From NCBI RefSeq assembly GCF_009834535.1, contig NC_045697.1:65660001-65724000 (forward strand): a stretch of DNA of 64,000 nucleotides. The letters are read 5' to 3'. The number at the start of each line of letters is the position of its first letter. The stretch's first letter is position 1. Source of the DNA: Camelus ferus (Eukaryota). Positions 52,781-64,000 of this stretch are shown piece by piece. The translations under genes and the position numbers were made by a program. The notes beneath the pieces were generated by a model that was not told where the DNA came from, made no database searches, and saw nothing but the letters and a program-made list of their open reading frames with translations.

Positions 52781-54799
52781 GTTTAACGGATCCTTAACAT
52801 AAACCAGGTTGTCAAGAAAAGGATTGTTTATTGCTTAGTTGCAGTTAGTTGGTTTTTACCTTCGCTACAGGCCTTTTTTTGTTTGTTTCCAGACCTGATT
52901 TCTGGGTCTTTTATGGAAAAAAAAATGAAGCCAGTAAAATCAATATACAGGCATAATAGCAATTAAAGAAATATTTAACCAATCAGACTAAGTGTTCCAT
53001 TTCTGATGATCTCTGTGGTGCTTTAGCTGACAGAGATTTTAATTCTCAGTGAGTATACTTCAGTGAACTGCTAGAAATCAGTATTGTGTTCAGCATTATT
53101 TTTCCTTTATTTGATTTGTATTATGGAGACTGACAATTTAAATTGTCCTTTTCTGTCGAGTTCCTTAATAATGACACGCAGCATCCTGGTTCCCCAGACT
53201 TCTGGAAGAGAGAGCTGGGAAAGAGACACATCTGGCCAGCATCAATGTGCCAGCCCCCTCTCCCCCCCCCCCGCCCCAGTGCACACGTGCCACATTCATC
53301 TATCTCCCAGGCTCTCTCCCTGAACTCGGGAAATATCTGCATTCCTTCCCTTTTGCTATAGCCATTAGAGAAAGGAGAACTCCTTCTTAGTCACTGATTT
53401 TAAAAATTAGGAAGATCATCAAATTTAATAATTGCAGTACACTTTAGAAATTATTATAAATAGCTTTAATATGACAGCTTATCCTGGACCATTGATTAAG
53501 CCAGATCACTGATTGCTAATGTGATTATTTTTAATGAAAATGACAGTATTCAGAGTGATTTTTATTAAATAAAGACTAATTACTTCTCAGATGACTATGT
53601 GCCTACACCATAACATATAAGATATCAAAACTACTTTAATATATAATAAATATTAATATCTAAAATGAGTATTATATAGTTATGTAGTAACTGCATTTAT
53701 TATCAGCTATCTGCCCGTACCTTATATGCTTTTACATTTTAGTGACTTCAGAACAATCAGATGAAATGTACGTTTATGTATTACACAGTTGCATACTAGT
53801 GCATGATTATTAATCTCCAAGTAAATACACTAAGCAAATGAGCAAGGTTCGTGTTAGGCATCAGAGACCTGGGCTGCCGTGATACACTCGCGTGTACAAT
53901 TGTATATGAGCTGAGGTGCACAGGAGTGACTTTTAAGGACCAGTAAGTGCTATGGCATGTAAGACTGTCAGTTTGGATAGAAGAGCTTTGTTCCTTTGAT
54001 CTCTAAAATTGCGAGACACCTTGGCAGAAGTTAAAGTATTTATTTATGTCCCCGGATATGTGGGTCAGAGTGCTGGTGTGGTGGTGACGTTTACAATGAA
54101 CTCTCTGCCCTATTTGTTCATCTAATGTTTTAGGTGGCCTTTGTCTTGTAATAGTTCTTAGTATAAAAAATTACTTAGTCAAGAGCTGTTACATTAAAGA
54201 CATTTAAGAATGGAAGAGAACTGAATTTTTCAGAGTAATATCATTATGTTGTTAATAAAATTAATTGCAGTGTTGATCTTAGAACCTTAACTCTTCCAAA
54301 GGCTAAAAATACTACTTTAAAAAATACTTATAGGGCATTTAGCACAAGTTCACCTCTGTTCTCAAATCTTAGTGGGTGTCAAGGAATAATTAATTCATGA
54401 GTTGAATTTTATGCTTCCTCAGTAAAAGAGTCCCTTTTTGCCTATTGGCTGCTAACCCTAAACCTTGGGGATGGAACCACCTAGTGGCACAAAAACAAGG
54501 GTGTATCTCAAAATGCATGGAGACTGACTTTGTTGAATTCGTGGGTAATGGCAGAGATGCATAAACAATATTTCAACCTAATCACAGAAGTTCAGAATTT
54601 TTAGAAATTGAATGAACAGTAAGTAGTTCCTTTTTTTTTTTTAACCAGGGAGGGAACTAGTCCAAAGGGGTAAATGACTTGCCCAAGAGTCACAAAAAAG
54701 CAATAAAACTGGAAAATTTTCAAAATTTCTAATTCCATGTTTAGTTTTCTGGTCAGCATGCACCCTGTCTTCCCTTATCTTTCTCCTAAAAACTTATAA

Positions 54800-55030
54800 G
54801 AATAATATGAAACATACTGTATAATGCTTACTGTGTGCCAGATCCTAAGTTCTTACAAGTAGCAGCCTATGAGTTTTCTATCTCCTCATTTTATAGACAG
54901 AAAAACTGAGACATAATGAGGTAAAGTAATTTCTCCAAGTTCACAAAACTACTGAGTATTAGAGCTGAGATTCAAACCCAGACAGTCTGGCTCCTAAAAT
55001 TGACATCCCCCTTTAACAAACTGCTTTAAA
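54800..55030 (-). mobile_element. MIR SINE
   Basis: cattttatagacagaaaaactgagac...gagctgagattcaaacccagacagtctggctcc. Confidence 0.85.
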
Positions 55031-56339
55031 CAAACACTTAGAGCTTGTCTCTCTTTTCTCTCTTGCTCTTCTTCTGTCTCTTAAGGGCACAGAATAGAAT
55101 TAATCTACTAATTAATAGAATTAATCCTTGATTTATGTTATGTTTTCATTATTGGTCTAAATGGCAATATTTCTTTATTTCATTAGTTTGAAACTCCTTG
55201 AATATAGTCTTTTTTTCCCCTCCACTGTTAACTATTGGAATATCTACTACTTTATTTTGTATGTTTACTTGGATTCAGAAAAAGACCATTAAATCTTTTG
55301 ACCTTCCTCTATCTTAATATGTCTTACCTCTTGGGTCCTGCCTCGTGTTGGTAAGGACCTTGAGTTCAGGCGTATGTCTGTGATTCCCTAGTGCCTACCT
55401 CATGAAAGCACAGAGTCATCATTCAGTAAATATTTGATGAATGAATAAAAGATCTACCTAATTTTATGCTCAAAGATCATCCTACTTACTTATACTCAAA
55501 ACACTGAATATCTATAAGTTGTACTTGCTTGGTTTTTTTTTTTTAAGTTTTCTATCTCCTCTTATAATAATTTTCTGTTTCTCTTGGTTTCTCCAATCTT
55601 TCATACAATGATTAATAAAAAACTGAGAAGAAAAACAAAACAAACAGCACGTGTCCACCTTTCTTTCCACTCTGTGCTGTAGGAATTTTTATGCTTTCAT
55701 TCCCACAAGAAAGATAGAAAATACTCCTTTAACCTAAAAGCACAGAGCCCTAACCTTTTATTTCCCAACAGAATGAGGTACTTTCGCAGTCCTTTGCTCC
55801 TTTTTCAGGAATAGAGAAAAAGCAGCCTTTATTGATTGCCTAGTTAGCAGCTCCAAAATCAGCCACCAGCCAACCTAAATCTCTGCACTGGGTTGTCTGG
55901 AAGAATCTCCCACACAGGTACTTATAACCAGCAGCTAAACAGTTCATTGCTTTCCATGTAGACATACAAAATATATACAGTCCCTCCACTCTGAGAGCAG
56001 GAGTGACAGTACCAAGATACCTATGTAAACAGTAAGCAATACGAGCTTATACGTTAAACTCTATGGTATAGACAATAAATAGAGAAAATGAAACTATTGC
56101 TGAATAGGATAGAAAATATTTTATTAGACTTGAGCTGGAAGACATCAAGGGTAAATAGAATTTGCATATGGGGACAGGTACAGGTAAGACACTCAGAGAA
56201 ACATAAAACCACAAATGAAAATAGTCATTAAGTGTTGAAAGGACAATGAAAAGGAACAACTTGAATGGAGAGTATGCTGACAGGTGGATACAGGTAGAGA
56301 AGCTAAAATTGAATGGGATACACCAGAGTGTTGATAGCT

Positions 56340-56530
56340 GTCGTCTGTTAAGCACATTGTATGCTAAACACTGGATGTGTTTCATATGATGCTTACTACA
56401 ACTCTGCGAATTGGATATTTATTAATTGCACTTAAAAATTTGAGGAAACTGAGACAGAGTTAGGTATCTTACCAAAGTCACACATCAATGACAAGTGGAG
56501 CTAGGACTCAAACCCAGATCAGTGTACATG
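56340..56530 (-). mobile_element. MIR SINE
   Basis: tgaggaaactgagacagagttagg...aagtggagctaggactcaaacccag. Confidence 0.8.
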
Positions 56531-57124
56531 TCCTCCTTCAGGACCCCACACCAACTTTGCAGGGTTCTGAGGAGGAGAGTATCTGGACAGAGGAGCATTT
56601 GAGTCCAAGGTGTTGGGTTGGACAAAGAGAGAGCTTAAGTGAGGAAGGCCATTTACAAGGTGGTTATAGTGTTCCAGCTGTGAAGCAGTGAGAATAGTCT
56701 CAATGAAAATAAGGAGAAAAGATTAGGGGGAAAAAGGTACAGCTTGACAAAGGATGGACAGGACTTGGTGGAAATCAGAGGCAAGCATATGGTCTGGGAA
56801 CCCGAAAGGAAAAGGATGTGCGGATTCGAGCAGCCACAAAGAGCCCACTCTTTCCAACTCTTATTTTGCCTCCTTGGTCATCTACTACAAGTTTTGCATC
56901 AGCTCAATTCCACCTTCAGGTAAAACCAACTGGAAAGTGATTTTCTAGAAAAGCAGTTATTATTTTAAAACAACAATATGATAATCCACTACCCAGTGGA
57001 TATTATTTCAAACAATCTTCTGGCTTAGATTTTTGTTCTGTAGTTGCTCAAATCATGTTCACACATCTGCAGTAGTATCGTTCTGCTCTCACACCCCAGA
57101 TGTTATTTTTAAAAATTATATATA

Positions 57125-57341
57125 CAGTTGACCCTTGAACAACACGGGTTTGAACTGCTCGGGTCCACATACGAGCAGATTTTTTTTCAGTACTGTACTA
57201 CACAGTCCACAGCTGGTTGAATCCAGGAATGCAGAATGACAGATATGGAGGAACCTTGGATACAGAGGGCAAAGTGACATGCAAATGTGCTCTAACAGGA
57301 AGGTCGGCACTGCTAACCCTGAGTTGTTCAAAGGTCAACTG
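57125..57341. mobile_element. Tigger2-type (TcMar) non-autonomous element
   Basis: CAGTTGACCCTTGAACAAC ... GTTGTTCAAAGGTCAACTG with TA on both sides; same family as 5124-5354. Confidence 0.93.
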
Positions 57342-59137
57342 TATATACCAACATTTATACACACACACACACACACCCACTAAAAACAACCGGTTTTATC
57401 ACATCCACACTCTCTGTTCTAGATCAAGAAAACAAGATAGTTTAGATGGACATGTTTATATAAAGTAAGAAAAGTCTGAGGAGTTGCAAAACGAGAGAGA
57501 ACATTGAAAGTTCACTTTCAAAGGGAGAAATAAAATAATATGTTTTTATATGTATATTTTAATCTAAGGCAATAGCATACATTTTAACATTTCAATGAAG
57601 GAAATCATTTTCTTTTCTCATGTAATATGCATATATTAAACAAGGAATGGCCTCTGGAAACCACTGTGAAAGGAATGTACTAGTGCTATTTCAGAGCAAC
57701 CTCCCTTTAAAACATTTGTTTTAAATTTAGAATGTTGAATTTAGGGAACTTCAATAAAAGAGGGAAAATGAGTAGCCTTTGGGTTATTTTTTTTTTCTAT
57801 TTCCTTAATCTGGGTGGAGCTATTTTCATGCCTAATACCCCGTGGGCTTTACCAGTCACTCTGCTGTGTCTGGTGGAGAACCTAAGTAATTCACATTTGT
57901 TTCAGTATTTAGTCTAAATAAAAGGGACTATAAGTACAGTTGATGATATTTCCAGTATGTGAATATTTCAAAAATATTTATCATATGTGCACTGTATGAT
58001 TTGAAATTACTTTTATTAATCTTGCAAAGCAGTAGCAAAATTTTAGGAAAATGACAAGACTACTCTTAGGAAGCATGCAGCGTTCTCACTCCTGAGTACT
58101 CCAGCCCTCAGACAGTGCAGTCGCAGGGAGTAGATTTTGAAGTGTTACAAGATTCTGTTTTGCTTGTACTTACGTCATACAGCATTGGGGGAACACTTCA
58201 TCCAAGGAACAAGAGAGTACCATTTATAAACAAGCATCCTTATTAGGCTTTTCTGAGAAGAGTACTGAGGTACAGAGGAGATAACTGACTCATGTGGGGT
58301 GCACAGCGATAGCATTTCCGCTGGATAACATGACATTGGACCGAGTTGCCTTGCAAGGAGCAAGTCAGATCAGCCTTTTTTAAAAATAACATGTGTGCTG
58401 TTTCTAGATCTCAGTAAGTATTGTTTCATTCAAAAGGCAGCTGTTTTACAAAAAGCATACTTATTAGGTGAGACTAAAGGCTGAGTTTTTAACAAAACAT
58501 TGCAGAACCTAAAACTATAAATGTGTACTGCATTTGGAAGCACACGTTCACGCACACACGTTGCACACACACACTGACACATACACACACATACACAGCC
58601 TCCAGAGTCTCTCAGAAGCCTCTCTCAGAAACACTTTTATTCCATTATACTTACATCACATTTTTTCTATTCAAAAGAGCCATTTTACTCCCAAGACTTA
58701 GCCCCAAGATACTTTTTACTGTCTTAAAAATTCAGACTCCTTTTAAAGAGAAAATTTTATGTCATTGAGGATAATCAAAAAATGTGCTCCTTTTTTATAA
58801 ACTCTTAAAATACTGTAAGCACAGTAACAACATGGGAATAGGCACACAGGCTCCCATGATAACTATGTTAGTAGAAGAAAATAACCTTAGACTGTGAGCC
58901 ATGAATGAGACTTTGGCATGCATTGAGATGAACTCTCTAATTTTACATATATGAAACCAGGAAGGGAGGCTGGGTGACCTGCCCAGAGTCTAATCCTGGG
59001 TCAGAACATGCCCTGGGGACTACAAGTCCTGGTTGTCAGTCCAGTGTTCTATCCCTGCCCTGTTTTGCCAGTTGTCTTTGTTAAAAATTTTATCTCTAGA
59101 ACTTGCTAGTAAAATTAATGTGTTAAGAAGTGCGTTT

Positions 59138-59283
59138 GAGGGGGAAGGGTATAGCTCAAGTGGTAGAGCGCATGCTTATCATGAGCAAGGTCCTGGGTTC
59201 AATCCCCAGCACCTCCTCTAAAATAAATAAGTAAACCTAATTACCTCCACCCTCCCCCCAAAAATGAGATAAGAAATAAAATA
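59138..59283 (+). mobile_element. tRNA-derived SINE (vic-1-like)
   Basis: ggggaagggtatagctcaagtggtagagcgcatgctta...ggttcaatccccagcacctcc...aaacctaattacctcc. Confidence 0.9.
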
Positions 59284-59479
59284 AATGCATTTATATCTTA
59301 CATAAAGGAGTCAGGAGTATTAGTTAGTATATACACTTTGTTAAGTCATAAACATAACGAATATCTGTTTTAAAATTGTCATTATTTTATAGACATTCAG
59401 GAAAAGTAGCACAAATGATGGATAAAGTGTTATGGATTGGGTTATATTTAATTTATAGAGAAACTATACTATAGCCTAA

Positions 59480-59720
59480 AATAATAGTTAACATCCATTA
59501 AAGATGTACTTTGAGCCAGGTACTAGTACAAGTGCCCTAAGTCATTTAATCCTCACCGTAACCATGAGAGATAAATACCGTGATTGGCTTCATTTTACAG
59601 GTGAGGAAACTGAGTCACAGAAAAGATTAGCAGCTTTCCAAGGTCAGAAAGCTAGTAAGTGGTAGAGCCAGGTCTGAAATCATAACGTCTGTCACCCTCC
59701 CCTAGTTCCTAGTCCCACAA
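59480..59720 (-). mobile_element. MIR SINE
   Basis: cattttacaggtgaggaaactgagtcacag...gctagtaagtggtagagccagg. Confidence 0.88.
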
Positions 59721-60228
59721 GCCTAAGCCCTGGCACCACTGTGCACCAGGGTGATAGCATCCAGATGATCTTCATGCCTTCTCGGGAAGCTGCCTTCTCT
59801 CACACTAAATGCTGATGGGCATTTTAGTTTACTTGAAATTTGGGTGACTTTCAGAAACTTAAACAACCTGCCAACAGTAAAGAGTCGCCCATTATGATGA
59901 GGGAGGCATTTGAAATTGAAGCTGTCTTGCATCAGCTGATCAGTAAACAAGAAAGTACTGGAAATTGAAAGCTGTGGGAGGATACTGTAATTATTTTCCC
60001 TCCCTCTTATCTTTTCACTACAAATAGCTTAAGACTGTACTTGACCAAAACTTTAATTCTTCCTTCATGGAAGTTTTCATTTATCATGACTTTTTAATTG
60101 GGCCAATCCATAATTGCCTTTTATCTGTCTCATTTCATAGTTCTTTGAGCAGCTCAAAAAAGCTAACTTCATAATTAGTCAGATTGTGTACTCACATTGG
60201 AATGCCTAGTACTATGAAACAGAACCTA

Positions 60229-60604
60229 CAGAGTCCCTCAGTATCCACAGGGGATCAGTTCCGGGACCCCGATGGATACCAAAATCCATGGATGCTCAAG
60301 TCTCTCACATAAAATGGCAGAGGATTTTCAAAAACCGTATGTGCATTCTCCTGTATACTTTATTTTTTCCCTTTTTTTCCTGAATACTTTAAATCATGTT
60401 AGGATTACTTATAATACCTAATAAAATGTAGATACTATGTAAATAGTTGTAAATATAATGTAAATGCTATGTAAATAGTTGCTAGCATGTGGCAAATTCA
60501 AAGTTTGCTTTTGGGAACTTTCTGAAAGTTTTTTTCTGAATATTTTTGATCTTTGGTTGGTTGAAGCTGCGGATGTGGAACCTGCAGATACAGAGGGCCA
60601 ACTG
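60229..60604. mobile_element. MER2B-like TcMar-Tigger element
   Basis: TA-CAGAGTCCCTCAGTATCC ... GATACAGAGGGCCAACTG-TA. Confidence 0.9.
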
Positions 60605-61329
60605 TACTATTTCTAGAACTTAATTATGGCTCAGATAAAAATATAAGATTTCCATATGGAATAACATTTATGATTCTATATATTATATAGTCCAGAATAA
60701 TGTCTAACAGAGGCCCCAGTGATTTTTGTTTTAATGAACATAGTTCCCTGCTTTAACACTGACTCCAAACAGAGATTTACCTCAAAGTGTGCATTCACTT
60801 TTTTTCTTAATAATCCATTTTATACCTGTCATTTAATGAAGCTATTTATGTTTACAGTAACATTAAGTAACTATTTCAAATGACTGAAATCCAACTTGTT
60901 TTTGTTTTTGTTTTTGTTTTAGAAATCCAACTTGTTTTTATTTTATGTATTACTGGTCTCAGGAAATATATATAAAAATTACACCTTAATAATATTCTTA
61001 CCCATGTTCTGTGGTGAGACATGGGACATGATGGGAGGAGCCAGCAACCTGAACAAAAGTGTGCTGGGATTTCTGTTCTGATAAGGTTTTCATTCCAAAA
61101 TCATGTTTTCTGCAGTAATATTTTTATGGTGATTTTAATCAATTTTTTGTTTCTTTTTTATTAACTAAGATCTCTGTTACACTTCCTATAAAAGTCAGCA
61201 TGACCCTTCTAGTCAGTCTCTCACTTTCTTTGAGCTAATCAATGCCAATTTTACTACTCTGAATCTCTTCCGTGTTTTTTAGCAACTGCAGAAATTTGCC
61301 AAACAAATTATCTCCAAACCAAAATATAG

Positions 61330-62140
61330 GCAGTAGAGTGGTGCCGAACACTTCATTAAGACTGGTGAGCTAGAACAGAGCAAAACCCCGGGGCCCTGAA
61401 TACCCCCGCCAAGCTGGGTGGATTATGATATGGGGAGTCATTGATGAATTTAGTCAAGACTAGCCAGAATCAGAATTATGCTTTTTGATCAGTCTAGAAA
61501 GAATGTATGTAATGAAATAAAAAAGGAATTAATTAGAAAGGAGGATACCGATAGGAAGCCATTACTACATCTGTAACATAAACTCCAAGAAGGCAGGGAT
61601 TTTTGTCTGCTTTATTTGGAGATTTGGTCCAAGCATCCAGAAGAAAGCCTACCACATAGTGGATGTTTGGTGAATATTATTTAAATGAGTGGATGAACAA
61701 ATCACTAAAGAAAATGAAAGACCTGAACTAAAGGCAATAGAATTAGAAGGAAATGGAGAGATTCTGTAAAGGTAATGTTAGCCACCGGCTGGACACAGAG
61801 ATGAAGGAAAGGCAAACCAAACATGATTTTGAGATCCTTAGCCTTGCTGGCTGGGCGATGAGGAAGTTATTCATGAAAAAGAAGCCAGAAGCAAAAACTT
61901 GGCTTGAGAGTGAAAGTGCTCACTCGTTTTGATCTAGACATGTTGAGTTTGAGACACTGGAGAATGATGTGTCCATATGGCGAAATATGAAGACTATGAC
62001 AGACAAGTGACAGTGAGGGCTGGGAACTCGAGGGAGAGGGTGGAAGGAGAGATACAGACTTGGGCAAACTCTTTATTAATGGTGAAAGACAGACATAGCC
62101 CATGGAAAAGGTATAGAGATGAAGAAAAAAAGGTTGAAGA
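61330..62140 (-). mobile_element. LINE-2 remnants (includes an oppositely oriented L2 3' end at ~61570-61700)
   Basis: agacatgttgagtttgagacactgg...; aaactccaagaaggcagggatttttgtctg...tgaatattatttaaatgagtggatgaa. Confidence 0.7.
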
Positions 62141-62854
62141 CATAATTTGCTTTCAGATGTCCCTTTTTTGCTTTCCTCTCCTTTTTTCACAGTCACCTAA
62201 TTAATTCTCTCAGCACATCGTGTTACAATTATCCCTTTCTCTCCAAACCTATTCAAATCTTATGTGTTCTGTGGGTTCCAGCTAATGACCCACCCTCAGC
62301 ATGTCTTCCCCAGCAAATCCAGCTCTAATCATACCCGAAAATATAGAGACAAAAGATGATGAGTACACTGGGGACAGGGAGTGGGAGTGGTTGGAAGGGT
62401 GTGGAAGGACATGAAGAGGTCTTCTGGGGTGCCGATAATCTGTTTCTTGCTGAGTGCTGAAACTCAGAGCAAGTTTCTGTATTTTATCTTCTATATAGAA
62501 ACTTTGAGCACTGTGTTTCTGTATTTAGAAATATAGAAATATTTGTGTTTCTGTATTTTATCATCTTTGGAATTTATCAATATAGAGTAACAAGGGGAAA
62601 AAATCCAGACCAAATATAGGCAGCGAAAAGAGATCCAAGCCACCAGCACTGACATTAGAGTTAAAAGAGGAAAAGGCGCTAACAAAGAAGTGACTGGAAA
62701 AGTGCCTAGTGAGTAATGACAGCGAATTCTGCAATCTCTGTATCCTCAGGATCTACAGCAGTCCTGTACCAGAGTTGGGGCTGGGTAACTGGTTCTTAAA
62801 TGAAAACGTGAACTGCTGCTCTGGACTGCCTCAGCTCTGCTTGTGGTTGACTTA

Positions 62855-63020
62855 CATGGTGGTTCTCATACCTCAGCAATCTGGTGGGCCTGTTAAAACA
62901 CAGAATTCTGGGCCCCGACCCCAGTTTCTGACTCAGGAGATGTGCATAATTTGCATTTCTAAAATGTTCCAGCTGAGGCTTACGTGCTCTGTAGAGCCCC
63001 AGCCTCGGAGCACGGCTGCT
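62855..63020. mobile_element. MER5A-like hAT-Charlie element
   Basis: ggttctca...tgttaaaacacagaattctgggccccgaccccagtttctgactcag...aatttgcatttctaa. Confidence 0.8.
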
Positions 63021-63843
63021 CTGATGCACGGTGTTTGCCGTCCTTGCTGTTTACTGTTCTCATCCCCTCCCCGTGCTTCTTTACTCTTCACCTTTTTTTC
63101 AATTTTTGATCTTCATATTCAGTCATGTGCTGTTTACTTACAGTCTATCTGATCTCATTTAATTCTTGCAAAGCCTCATTGAGGGAAGGATTATTATACC
63201 TATTTATAGATTAAGAAACTAAGTCTTAGAGAGCATAAGGAGAAAATATTTCAATGTTGAATCTGTAAACCAAAATTATGCAGTGGACTAACAATAACCA
63301 GTCAAAGTTATAATGTCCTTTTGCGCTGCTTCATCACTTCCACTTGTTTAATTTTTCCCACCTCATCAATCACGAGCTCTTCTTAAACAGCCAGCATCAC
63401 TTTTCATAACTGCTGTATTGATCACATCACACAATTTTTCCAACCCTTTCGTGGTGGTTGTTCCTTTTGCCCCTATAGAATCTCTGTTATTAATCAATTG
63501 GTTTCTCTATAACTTGAACCAGTGTTTTGAACAGTGCTTTGACTGTAGGGACTTAACAAAACAATATTAACTGGTGTATTGGATAGAAATCTCCTAGATT
63601 TTCACCTACGCCTACCTCCTAATTGGCCATTATCTTTATTCCAGTAAGATATCATAATTATTTCTTTTATTAGCAGAATATCTCCTTGAAAGTAGAAACT
63701 TTGTCTCTTATAGTCACTAAATCTTAACCTGTTTTCACAGGGGGTGAAGAAAGACCTACTAATAAAATAAGATTTTTTTTTTGCTTATAGAAGGAAAACA
63801 ACAAGTCTCCTACTACATCCCCAAGGCTGTATTCCTAGTTTTG

Positions 63844-63943
63844 TACGAGGGATGCACATACAGGTATAAAGTCCACAGGCACCTTGTCAGCCTACGAGGG
63901 ATGCACATACAGGTATAAAGTCCACAGGCACCTTGTCAGCCTA
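63844..63943. repeat. Perfect tandem duplication of a 49-bp unit
   Basis: TACGAGGGATGCACATACAGGTATAAAGTCCACAGGCACCTTGTCAGCC at 63844-63892 and 63893-63941, followed by TA. Confidence 0.97.
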
Positions 63944-64000
63944 AAATCACATAACCACAGACTCTTGAAAGTGAAATAGTCATAATTTATCATCTGTTTC

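Noticed and set aside
59138..59220. tRNA genes at the SINE heads (also 21060-21140, 32243-32310, 35915-35988)
   Set aside because: They have shared SINE tails, A-rich ends and TSDs, and are degenerate relative to a tRNA.
62473..62562. Three spaced GTTTCTGTATTT repeats, superficially CRISPR-like
   Set aside because: Short, irregular spacing, eukaryotic context; local duplication within an L1 remnant.

Overview
Mammalian genomic DNA, almost entirely intronic and AT-rich. It is most likely camelid, judged from four copies of a short tRNA-derived vic-1-like SINE and no recognisable Alu, B1, Bov-A or PRE1. Only one real coding exon is supported: + strand 50282-50448 (167 nt, AG...GT) of GRID2 (glutamate receptor delta-2), encoding part of the S2 ligand-binding lobe. 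The rest is long GRID2 intron filled with transposon relics: L1, L2, MIR, MaLR/ERVL/ERV1 solo LTRs, Tigger/MER2 and hAT elements. Almost all ORFs in the supplied track are L1 fragments or chance ORFs. I found no convincing novel gene system. Best leads: an orphan CpG-rich non-repeat element near 25.6-26.3 kb; a GRID2 exon whose first bases form a second donor (recursive-splice-like); a long hAT/Blackjack transposase fossil; a twin-primed inverted L1; a possibly spliced L1; poly(A)-only insertion scars; and a perfect 49-bp tandem duplication. Repeat family names are from memory of consensus sequences, not from a search, and most repeat boundaries are approximate.
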